64,000 nucleotides of DNA from Eledone cirrhosa (Eukaryota). Under the pieces are notes generated by a model. The model saw only the letters and a program-made list of their open reading frames with translations, was not told where the DNA came from and ran no database searches. Made by a program: the position numbers and the translations under genes. The DNA is taken from NCBI GenBank assembly GCA_964016885.1, contig OZ024741.1:391778001-391842000 (forward strand). The letters run 5' to 3'. Within the stretch, counting starts at the first letter, position 1; every line of letters starts with the position of its first letter. Shown piece after piece: positions 52,730 through 64,000 of this stretch.

Positions 52730-53113
52730 TTGATAATGAGTGGTGAAAAAGTTGCAATTAGAGCTATTTTATGCTATCTGTGGAAAAAAGACTGAGTGCA
52801 AGGGCTGTGGCATAAGAAATTCATGATGTGGAACTATCAACAAACATGTGATACAAAACTGGTTCAGATGTTTTAAGGAAGGTGACATCAGCCTCGAAGA
52901 CAAACCAAGATCAGGGAGACATTCTGTTTAGGAAGATGAGGCCTTGCTTGAAATTATTGAACAGCCAAGCACAAGCACTTGTACATTGTAGGCAGAACTT
53001 GGTCCTTCACAAAGCACCATCAATCAACACCTCCATGTGAACAGACAATGTCAAAAAGTTCATTATGAATTGAGCAAAACTTGAAATACAAAAACTTTTG
53101 ACTCAACCTTGTA
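52730..53113 (+). mobile_element. Internally deleted mariner remnant of a second family
   Basis: IQNWFRCFKEGDISLEDKPRSGR helix-turn-helix region; TIR-like end AAAACTTTTGACTCAACCTTG|TA. Confidence 0.7.
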
Positions 53114-53306
53114 TTTCTATTAAGATATGATTTTAATTCATTTTGAATAATTAAGATGATGTTTGAAACATAAATTAACAAAGGTTTGTACATAAAATTA
53201 TGATGGAAGGTTTTTGGATACAAACACTTTAAAATATACAGCATTATATCATATAACCACAGACAATTTCAAATGGTTTGGTATCAAATGTGTGAATGAA
53301 ACTTAC

Positions 53307-53514
53307 ACAAAATATTTTCCAGTTGTATTTTCCAAGGCATCTTCAAGAGCACAAAACATTACTGTATTGATTCCATCTTCTGGTTTTTTAAACATGTACC
53401 ATATGAATGGTGAAAAACACATATTGATGAAAAACTGTGTACGGAATGGCAAATAACGATGTAAATTAGTGTTCACAATTCCTGGGTTTATACAGTTAAC
53501 AGTCACTTCACTAC
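53307..53514 (-). CDS. Penultimate exon of the RDH-like SDR
   Basis: TTCCAG| ... |GTAAGT; GSEVTVNCINPGIVNTNLHR...KKPEDGINTVMFCALEDALENTTGKYFV. Confidence 0.92.
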
Positions 53515-53854
53515 CTGGAAGAGAGAAAGAACAGGTTAAAGATCAGCAGCAGCAATAGCAGTACCACACTGCTGCCACTGCTGCCATCATCATCATCAAA
53601 CAATAAAATTGATTTTATATGCTTGCATAGGTTGGACAAGATCCTTCACTGGTAGATGTTTTTTTATAGATAGATGCCAAACCATGCCTTAGTATAAATA
53701 TGGTACATGCCACTGGCACTTGTCAGACCACTACACTGGTGGACATATTGTTTATAAAGGACATAAACAACTGTCTCTACAAATGTAGTTTTAGCTAATT
53801 TTATTGTAGTGTGAACATCTAAAGATGCAGTCTAGTCCTCTAGATGCAGTTTTC

Positions 53855-55480
53855 ATTATCATCATTACCGTTTAACATCCATGTTGGCAGAGGTAAGACA
53901 AGTTGGACTGTGTCTTGCTCATACAATGGTTTCTATGTTCTTCCTTAATGCCAAACACATTTACAGCGTGGATTACATGTTTTTCATCATGACACCTACA
54001 TGACCACTTTACTGTGTGGACTGCATGTTTTTCATCATGACACCTACACAACCACTTTATTGTGTGGACTGGGTGTTTTTCATCATGACACCTACACAAC
54101 CACTTTACTGTGTGGACTGCATGTTTTTCATCATGACACCTACACAACCACTTTATTGTGTGGACTGGGTGTTTTTATCGTGACACCTACATGACCACTT
54201 TACTGTGTAGACTGGGTGTTTTTCATTATGACACCTTACTGTGTGGACTGGGTGCTTTTTGTCATGGCAACAAAACAACCACTTTACAGTGTATACAGGG
54301 GGTTGGGTGGGGGGAAGTACAAGGAGATTGGTGAGGTAGATCTAGGGTGGGGCATTTATCTGGTGAAGGGTAAGGTATAAGGTCATGGATGTAGGGAAAG
54401 GTGTTTGGACATGTGTGGAGTGTTAGGACATGGAAGGTGCATGGGGAGAGAGAGGGAGATGGATGAAGGGTGAGGTGTTGGGACATGGATGAAAGGTGGG
54501 GGTCTTAGGATGTGGAGGTGTATAGATAAGGAAGGGGAAGGTACTGTAAACAAGACGTTTGCTTCAACCCGTGTACATGGGAAGGCAGGTCGTCTGTATT
54601 ACTGCATAACGCCAGAGATCTCGATCCTGTGTCATCATCTTCAAGAGGGGCAATTGTGCAAGGTCAGCTTTTATTATCTTATCTCATGTAGGTCTTCCTA
54701 CACCATAGCTTCCATCAACTTTGAGCGCCCTGCACCTTTTTATACAGCTGTCGTCCTTCATAGACATCACATGTCCATACCAATGCATTCTTCTCTCCTG
54801 AACACTGCATCTGATCACTCTTATACCCAGTTTATCTCTCAGTCCATTTATGCTTTGCTGTTCATGTATATTACTATTACACATCCATCGAAGCATGGAA
54901 ACATATCTTTCCAATCTTCGCAGGTCTTCTGCACATAACACCCAAGTTTCATTACTATGCAGCATTGTTGTTCATATGCATGCATAATACAATCTGCCCT
55001 TCATTTTGAGGAAAAAACCTTTTGTAGTTAGCAGTAGTAGTAGCTCCCTGAACTTTTTCCAACCCGTTTTCACTCTGGATACAGTACTTTTGGAACACCC
55101 ATTTCCAATGCTAATTTGATTGCCCAGGTAACAGAAACTATCAACTACCTCTACTGAGCCAGCTAGGCATTTAAAGGTGATTGAGGTGCATTTGCAGATA
55201 TAATTGTTACAGTTGTTCTATTTAGTACTAGTCTAAGTTTGATGATTCTGTCGTTTACTCTATTTACAATTACTTTGCCTACACACTTTTCAGCTACCAT
55301 AATCCTTACCCACCCCAGCCAGTTGTCATTTCCCAACCAGAAAAATTTGTAGCATCGGTTTTTGCATACAAGGAATCTAGCTGACATTCCTGTCCATCTA
55401 CTCTCTTGCTGCATACAGACACATCAATTTTCTTTCATTCAAGCACCTCTATAATCTCTCGATCTTTTCATTGTGCCTAT
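53855..55480 (-). mobile_element. Decayed, internally deleted RTE LINE with a 48-bp repeat expansion in its 3' UTR (about 53960-54290)
   Basis: Endonuclease piece (YKFFWLG, RVNDRIIKLRL, IISANAPQ) joined to C-terminal RT (RMHWYGHV, GVGRP). Confidence 0.82.
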
Positions 55481-55857
55481 TTTGATGGTGCAGCTCTGAA
55501 GTTATGAAGTTTGCTAAAAGAGTGAGAGGAAGAAGATGAAAACTTGAGACGAGGAGTGGAAGATGGATTGGTGCTGGTTTTCGATGTCTGAAATAGAGAA
55601 GAGTATTTGCGTGGTTGTCCAGAGAGAGATGGTGGGTTCATATTTATCTTTAGGAATACTCCAGCTTTGTATTCCATTTGCCATACAGAACACCAGTTAG
55701 GCACAGATAAAGGTAGTAGAAGTTATTGCGATATATATTCAGTTAACAGTTACAAGATATTTGCACTCCTATGTTTTGATTGGTCTAGGTGACTATGGTG
55801 CCGTGTAGGGGTGGGATGGTAGGAAAGTGGAGGATGGTGTTAAGAGGAGAGGAAAGT

Positions 55858-56630
55858 ACGAAGGGAGCATGTAGTGTGGAAGAGAAATGGAGATTTTAGC
55901 TGGAAGAAAATAAGTCTTTCACATACTTGATGAATGATGCTTGAAAGTAGACTTCTATGTCAGCTTCTTTGTATTTATAAGCATATATGATGTGAGAGGT
56001 GGAGGATGTGAAAGAGAAGGTGAGAAAATGCAATGCCATGAGGGGTTTTGTTTTTCTCTAGAAAATTCCAATTCAGTACAAAAGAAGAAATGAAGTGAGA
56101 AAAATTAGGAGAAGAAAATATGAAGGGAGCATGTTATGAAACCTGAAGGTGTAATGTGAAGGAGAAATGGAGATTTTAATGAAGAAAATAAGCCTTTCAC
56201 ATACTTGATGAATGATTGAAAGTAGATTTCTATATCAGCTTCTTTGCATAGCTATGTTTATTGTTCTGTGATCACCTGAAGATGTAGTTTTATCTGTTTA
56301 CTGTTGTGTGGTCATCTAAAGCTGTAGTCCAGTCATCTAAATGTAGCTTTAACTGTGATCCCTCTCCAGAAGTAGTTTTATCTATGTTTATTGCTTTGTG
56401 ATCTCTTTTAGCTATATCTATTGCTCTGTAGTCATCTAAAGATGTAGTCCATTCCTCTATATTTTTTTTAGTTTTTGCTATTTTCATTCATCTCCAGATG
56501 TAGTTTTAACTACATTCATTGTGTAGTCACAAACAGATGTAGTTCAGTCATCAAGATACAGTTTTACTTATGTTTATTGATCTGTAGTTACATCCAGATG
56601 TAACTTTAGCTATATTTATTGCTCTGCAGT
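55858..56630. repeat. Local duplication (about 55858-55975 and 56122-56250) and degenerate GATGTAGT-based tandem repeat (56280-56630)
   Basis: Recurrent GGAGATTTTA..GAAGAAAATAAG.CTTTCACATACTTGATGAATGA and GATGTAGTTTTATCT..GTTTATTG units. Confidence 0.65.
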
Positions 56631-56702
56631 CATAGTGAGAGATGATCAGCAGACAATTTGTGATCTAAAATAGTATGAAAATTTGTATAACTTACAACAT
56701 AC

Positions 56703-56912
56703 CTTCTAAGTACTTTGCCAATGATATAGTAAACACCGCAACAGCCAATTTACTCTGTGCATAAGCATGCCCTGGATTATAATCTTCATCCTGGTTTATG
56801 TCATCAAAATTTATGTCACCCAGTTGATGGGCATGAGCTGTGATGTTCACAATACGAGCTGGTGCCGATGCTTTCAAGGTATCCAATAAAAGATGTGTCA
56901 GTAGAAAGGGCC
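56703..56912 (-). CDS. Catalytic exon of the RDH-like SDR (YxxxK)
   Basis: TTTTAG| ... |GTATGT; GPFLLTHLLLDTLKASAPARIVNITAHAH...AYAQSKLA; 210 bp, phase 1-1. Upstream exons lie beyond the window. Confidence 0.93.
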
Positions 56913-56989
56913 CTAAAAGCAATCAATTAAATTATCAAAATGCCTATCAAATCAAAATATTATTAAAAGAACTCAATAAACCAAAATAA

Positions 56990-58435
56990 TCATCATCATC
57001 GTTTAACGTCCATCTTCCACGCTAGCATGACATAGACGGGAGTTGTCCCACTTGAGGCAAGGTTGGTCGGGTGACCGTATCTCACTCATATAGGACTATC
57101 TGGCAGGTTTTCTACAACTGGATACCCTTCCTAACACCAACCACATTTACAGTGTGGAACTGGGAACTTTTTACCGTGTCACCTACATGGCCACATTACA
57201 GCATAGACTGTGTGTTTTTTTGTCGTGACACCTACACAATCTCGATCTCATTATCTCATTTATTTGGACTGGATGTTGTGGTACCAACTTTACAGAGAGA
57301 GGGTGGTGTTGGTGGGAGTTGGAGGATGGGGTAGGGTAGTGGATTGGGGTGTATATTTGATTAAGAGGTGCCTACTGACTGTAGGTTTTGCTTTGTACAT
57401 AGGCAAGGCGGGTCTTCTGTATTACTGTATAACACCAAAGATCTCGGTCCAATGACATTGTCTTAGAGAGGTGCAAGTGTGTAAGGTCGGAATTTATCAG
57501 ATCGTCCCAGGTTTTTCTGAGTCTACCTACTCCGTAACTACCATCAATGTTGATCACCCTGCACTTTTTTATACAGCTGTCGTCTTTCATGCGCATCACG
57601 TGGCCATATCAACGTAGTCTTCTCTCAAGTAAACAGCATCTGATCCCTCTTATTCCTAATTTCTCACTTAGTTCGTTTATGCTTTGCCGTTCACGTATAT
57701 TACTATTACACATCCAACGGAGCATGCACGCTTCGTTCCTTTCCAGTCTGCACAGGTCCTCTGCACACAATGCCCATGTCTCACTGCCATGTAGCATTGT
57801 TGTTCGTATGCAGGCATCATACAATCTGCCTTTCATTTTTAGAGAGAAACCTTTTGTGGCCAACAGCGGTATAAGCTCTGAACTTTTTCATCCCGTTCTG
57901 ACTCTGGCTACTGTACTTTCAGAACACCCTCCACCACTGCTGATTTCGTCATCCAGGTAATGGAAAGTGTCCACTATTGCTATAGAACCATCTGGGCAAT
58001 AGAAGGAGCTAGTATCCTGTGGACACTTGCTACTTATTGCACCTGAGCATCGGCCACATATAAAGTCTACGTTCTTAGATAGTTTACCTGTGATCCCACT
58101 ACATCTTTTATGTACCCATACTTTGCATTTGGGACATAAAATGGAATTTCTGCCTACTCCTTTCCTACACACTGAGCATGGCCATTTCCCTGAGGGCACC
58201 TGTGCCCTATTTTCCTTTCTACAAACTAGAACTTTAGTTTTAAACAAGTTAACTTTCATGTTTGGAATTTCTTCTCTAGTTCAGCCATTGATTCAGCTAT
58301 GAGCGTTAGATCATCTGCATATAGGAGTTCCCATGGGCAACCGGTCTTGAACTCCTCTGTTATAGCCTGAAGGGCAATAATAAATAGGAGGAGGCTAAGG
58401 GCAGAGCTTGATGAACACCAACTTTTACACTAAAT
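56990..58435 (-). mobile_element. 5'-truncated RTE LINE, same subfamily as 43987-45145, intronic
   Basis: ORFs 57372-57599, 57609-57863 and 57888-58259; (GAT)n tail. Confidence 0.9.
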
Positions 58436-58694
58436 AGAGACTATAAATCAAATGACAACTAAGTCTTTCAGGATGGCAACAATTTGTGAGTCCGCATACT
58501 ACAAGTGCGTTTATTCTTTTATATTTTTACTGTCATTCATCTGTGGCTATGCTGGGGCACCACATTGAAGAATTTTTTTTTTTTCCAAGACCAATGCTTA
58601 TTTCATTGAATTCTTTTTGTTGAACCTCTAAGTTACAAGACATAATAAAAAAAAGTAAACATACACATTCAAACATAGATACACACATATATAC

Positions 58695-58744
<50 letters not shown>

Positions 58745-58764
58745 AATAAAGCCGTTGATTGCCT

Positions 58765-59048
58765 TAAACCATAAAGAAAACACTAAAGTAACATAAACCT
58801 AACGCTGACCTGTCATCATAATTCCTGCTAAAACAACCCCTGATCTGCATTTCCAATTTTGCAAACCATCGATGGACTGTAACAGCCACCAAATGGAGAA
58901 GACAGACATTATCAAGCAGCAGTTGTTTCTGTATGATAAAACTATTGTTATCTGCAGTGATTATAACAATATTATGTAAGAGGCAATGCTTCACCTTCTC
59001 GTTCATCTCAACTATAAATTCCGCAAATTAACCACCGAGACAAAATAA
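58765..59048 (-). mobile_element. Possible heavily decayed mariner 5' remnant
   Basis: Only TVHRWFAK resembles the mariner HTH. Confidence 0.3.
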
Positions 59049-62000
59049 GCCCTAAAACATTTAGTTTAATGGCGTGATGCCATGCCCTAAAACATTTAGT
59101 CTAATGGTGTGATGCCATGCCCTAAAACATTTAGTCTAATGGTGTGATGCCATGCTCTAAAACATTTAGTCTAATGGTGTGATGCCATGCCCTAAAACAT
59201 TTAGTCTAATGGCGTGATGCCATGCTCTAAAACATTTAGTCTAATGGCGTGATGCCATGCTCTAAAACATTTAGTCTAATGGTGTGATGCCATGCCCTAA
59301 AACATTTAGTCTAATGGTGTAATGCCATGCTCTAAAACATTTAGTCTAATGGCGTGATGCCATGCCCTAAAACATTTAGTTTAATGGCGTGATGCCATGC
59401 CCTAAAACATTTAGTCTAATGGTGTGATGCCATGCCCTAAAACATTTAGTCTAATGGTGTGATGCCATGCTCTAAAACATTTAGTCTAATGGCGTGATGC
59501 CATGCCCTAAAACATTTAGTCTAATGGTGTAATGCCATGCTCTAAAACATTTAGTCTAATGGCGTGATGCCATGCCCTAAAACATTTAGTCTAATGGCGT
59601 GATGCCATGCCCTAAAACATTTAGTCTAATGGTGTGATGCCATGCCCTAAAACATTTAGTTTAATGGTGTGATGCCATGCCCTAAAACATTTAGTTTAAT
59701 GGCGTGATGCCATGCCCTAAAACATTTAGTCTAATGGTGTAATGCCATGCTCTAAAACATTTAGTCTAATGGCGTGATGCCATGCCCTAAAACATTTAGT
59801 CTAATGGTGTGATGCCATGCCCTAAAACATTTAGTTTAATGGCGTGATGCCATGCCCTAAAACATTTAGTCTAATGGTGTGATGCCATGCCCTAAAACAT
59901 TTAGTCTAATGGTGTGATGCCATGCCCTAAAACATTTAGTCTAATGGTGTGATGCCATGCCCTAAAACATTTAGTCTAATGGCGTGATGCCATGCCCTAA
60001 AACATTTAGTCTAATGGTGTGATGCCATGCCCTAAAACATTTAGTCTAATGGTGTGATGCCATGCCCTAAAACATTTAGTCTAATGGTGTGATGCCATGC
60101 CCTAAAACATTTAGTCTAATGGCGTGATGCCATGCCCTAAAACATTTAGTCTAATGGCGTGATGCCATGCCCTAAAACATTTAGTCTAATGGTGTGATGC
60201 CATGCCCTAAAACATTTAGTCTAATGGTGTGATGCCATGCCCTAAAACATTTAGTCTAATGGTGTGATGCCATGCCCTAAAACATTTAGTCTAATGGCGT
60301 GATGCCATGCCCTAAAACATTTAGTCTAATGGTGTGATGCCATGCCCTAAAACATTTAGTCTAATGGTGTAATGCCATGCTCTAAAACATTTAGTCTAAT
60401 GGCGTGATGCCATGCCCTAAAACATTTAGTTTAATGGCGTGATGCCATGCCCTAAAACATTTAGTCTAATGGTGTGATGCCATGCCCTAAAACATTTAGT
60501 CTAATGGTGTGATGCCATGCCCTAAAACATTTAGTCTAATGGCGTGATGCCATGCCCTAAAACATTTAGTCTAATGGTGTGATGCCATGCCCTAAAACAT
60601 TTAGTTTAATGGCGTGATGCCATGCCCTAAAACATTTAGTCTAATGGTGTGATGCCATGCCCTAAAACATTTAGTCTAATGGTGTGATGCCATGCCCTAA
60701 AACATTTAGTTTAATGGCGTGATGCCATGCCCTAAAACATTTAGTCTAATGGTGTGATGCCATGCCCTAAAACATTTAGTCTAATGGCGTGATGCCATGC
60801 CCTAAAACATTTAGTCTAATGGTGTGATGCCATGCCCTAAAACATTTAGTCTAATGGTGTAATGCCATGCTCTAAAACATTTAGTCTAATGGCGTGATGC
60901 CATGCCCTAAAACATTTAGTCTAATGGTGTAATGCCATGCCCTAAAACATTTAGTCTAATGGCGTGATGCCATGCCCTAAAACATTTAGTCTAATGGTGT
61001 AATGCCATGCCCTAAAACATTTAGTCTAATGGCGTGATGCCATGCCCTAAAACATTTAGTCTAATGGTGTAATGCCATGCCCTAAAACATTTAGTCTAAT
61101 GGTGTGATGCCATGCCCTAAAACATTTAGTCTAATGGCGTGATGCCATGCCCTAAAACATTTAGTCTAATGGTGTAATGCCATGCCCTAAAACATTTAGT
61201 CTAATGGTGTGATGCCATGCCCTAAAACATTTAGTCTAATGGTGTAATGCCATGCCCTAAAACATTTAGTCTAATGGTGTGATGCCATGCCCTAAAACAT
61301 TTAGTCTAATGGCGTGATGCCATGCCCTAAAACATTTAGTCTAATGGTGTAATGCCATGCCCTAAAACATTTAGTCTAATGGTGTAATGCCATGCCCTAA
61401 AACATTTAGTCTAATGGCGTGATGCCATGCCCTAAAACATTTAGTCTAATGGTGTGATGCCATGCCCTAAAACATTTAGTCTAATGGCGTGATGCCATGC
61501 CCTAAAACATTTAGTCTAATGGTGTAATGCCATGCCCTAAAACATTTAGTCTAATGGTGTAATGCCATGCCCTAAAACATTTAGTCTAATGGTGTGATGC
61601 CATGCCCTAAAACATTTAGTCTAATGGCGTGATGCCATGCCCTAAAACATTTAGTCTAATGGTGTGATGCCATGCCCTAAAACATTTAGTCTAATGGTGT
61701 GATGCCATGCCCTAAAACATTTAGTCTAATGGTGTAATGCCATGCCCTAAAACATTTAGTCTAATGGTGTAATGCCATGCCCTAAAACATTTAGTCTAAT
61801 GGTGTGATGCCATGCCCTAAAACATTTAGTCTAATGGTGTGATGCCATGCCCTAAAACATTTAGTCTAATGGTGTAATGCCATGCCCTAAAACATTTAGT
61901 CTAATGGTGTGATGCCATGCCCTAAAACATTTAGTCTAATGGTGTGATGCCATGCCCTAAAACATTTAGTCTAATGGTGTAATGCCATGCCCTAAAACAT

Positions 62001-64000
62001 TTAGTCTAATGGTGTGATGCCATGCCCTAAAACATTTAGTCTAATGGTGTAATGCCATGCCCTAAAACATTTAGTCTAATGGTGTAATGCCATGCTCTAA
62101 AACATTTAGTCTAATGGTGTGATGCCATGCCCTAAAACATTTAGTCTAATGGTGTGATGCCATGCCCTAAAACATTTAGTCTAATGGTGTGATGCCATGC
62201 CCTAAAACATTTAGTCTAATGGTGTAATGCCATGCCCTAAAACATTTAGTCTAATGGTGTGATGCCATGCCCTAAAACATTTAGTCTAATGGTGTAATGC
62301 CATGCCCTAAAACATTTAGTCTAATGGTGTAATGCCATGCTCTAAAACATTTAGTCTAATGGTGTGATGCCATGCCCTAAAACATTTAGTCTAATGGTGT
62401 AATGCCATGCCCTAAAACATTTAGTCTAATGGTGTGATGCCATGCCCTAAAACATTTAGTCTAATGGTGTGATGCCATGCCCTAAAACATTTAGTCTAAT
62501 GGTGTAATGCCATGCCCTAAAACATTTAGTCTAATGGTGTGATGCCATGCCCTAAAACATTTAGTCTAATGGTGTAATGCCATGCCCTAAAACATTTAGT
62601 CTAATGGTGTAATGCCATGCTCTAAAACATTTAGTCTAATGGTGTGATGCCATGCCCTAAAACATTTAGTCTAATGGTGTGATGCCATGCCCTAAAACAT
62701 TTAGTCTAATGGTGTGATGCCATGCCCTAAAACATTTAGTCTAATGGTGTAATGCCATGCCCTAAAACATTTAGTCTAATGGTGTGATGCCATGCCCTAA
62801 AACATTTAGTCTAATGGTGTGATGCCATGCCCTAAAACATTTAGTCTAATGGTGTAATGCCATGCCCTAAAACATTTAGTCTAATGGTGTGATGCCATGC
62901 CCTAAAACATTTAGTCTAATGGTGTGATGCCATGCCCTAAAACATTTAGTCTAATGGCGTGATGCCATGCCCTAAAACATTTAGTCTAATGGTGTGATGC
63001 CATGCCCTAAAACATTTAGTCTAATGGTGTAATGCCATGCCCTAAAACATTTAGTCTAATGGCGTGATGCCATGCCCTAAAACATTTAGTCTAATGGTGT
63101 AATGCCATGCCCTAAAACATTTAGTCTAATGGTGTGATGCCATGCCCTAAAACATTTAGTCTAATGGCGTGATGCCATGCCCTAAAACATTTAGTCTAAT
63201 GGTGTAATGCCATGCCCTAAAACATTTAGTCTAATGGTGTGATGCCATGCCCTAAAACATTTAGTCTAATGGTGTAATGCCATGCCCTAAAACATTTAGT
63301 CTAATGGTGTGATGCCATGCCCTAAAACATTTAGTCTAATGGCGTGATGCCATGCCCTAAAACATTTAGTCTAATGGTGTAATGCCATGCCCTAAAACAT
63401 TTAGTCTAATGGTGTAATGCCATGCCCTAAAACATTTAGTCTAATGGTGTAATGCCATGCCCTAAAACATTTAGTCTAATGGTGTGATGCCATGCCCTAA
63501 AACATTTAGTCTAATGGTGTGATGCCATGCCCTAAAACATTTAGTCTAATGGTGTAATGCCATGCCCTAAAACATTTAGTCTAATGGTGTAATGCCATGC
63601 CCTAAAACATTTAGTCTAATGGTGTAATGCCATGCCCTAAAACATTTAGTCTAATGGTGTGATGCCATGCCCTAAAACATTTAGTCTAATGGTGTGATGC
63701 CATGCCCTAAAACATTTAGTCTAATGGTGTAATGCCATGCCCTAAAACATTTAGTCTAATGGTGTAATGCCATGCCCTAAAACATTTAGTCTAATGGTGT
63801 AATGCCATGCCCTAAAACATTTAGTCTAATGGTGTGATGCCATGCCCTAAAACATTTAGTCTAATGGTGTGATGCCATGCCCTAAAACATTTAGTCTAAT
63901 GGTGTAATGCCATGCCCTAAAACATTTAGTCTAATGGTGTAATGCCATGCCCTAAAACATTTAGTCTAATGGCGTGATGCCATGCCCTAAAACATTTAGT
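59049..64000. repeat. Homogeneous 35-bp satellite GCCCTAAAACATTTAGTCTAATGGTGTGATGCCAT, about 141 copies, continuing past the window end
   Basis: Exact 35-bp period; variation at only four positions. Confidence 0.99.

Noticed and set aside
59049-64000. CRISPR array (35-bp repeat with small palindrome)
   Set aside because: Units are head-to-tail with no unique spacers, there are no cas genes, and the context is eukaryotic.

Overview
Eukaryotic, very repeat-rich DNA. The SINE, RTE and Penelope families and the microsatellite style suggest an octopus or other coleoid cephalopod; this is recognition, not a database result. The only host gene I can support is the 3' part of a retinol-dehydrogenase-like SDR on the minus strand (three exons with canonical splice sites, 56912 to 50964). 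The rest is mobile or tandem DNA: a near-complete Tx1/L1-clade LINE, an RTE-BovB-like LINE, many RTE copies and RTE-tailed SINEs, CRE, R4/Dong and CR1-like fragments, a full-length decayed Rep-PIF1 Helitron plus several short Helitron ends, a Penelope-like element (RT + GIY-YIG), mariners, and three satellites (about 30-, 16- and 35-bp units). The most striking unannotated structure is a dense set of hammerhead-ribozyme motifs, at least 7 complete or partial. Several sit in short fold-back hairpin insertions in (TA)n tracts at 33.5-38.5 kb, with inversion points at or near ribozyme helices or the cleavage site. One neighbouring insertion of similar layout carries a tRNA-like unit instead. Boundaries of decayed repeats are approximate.
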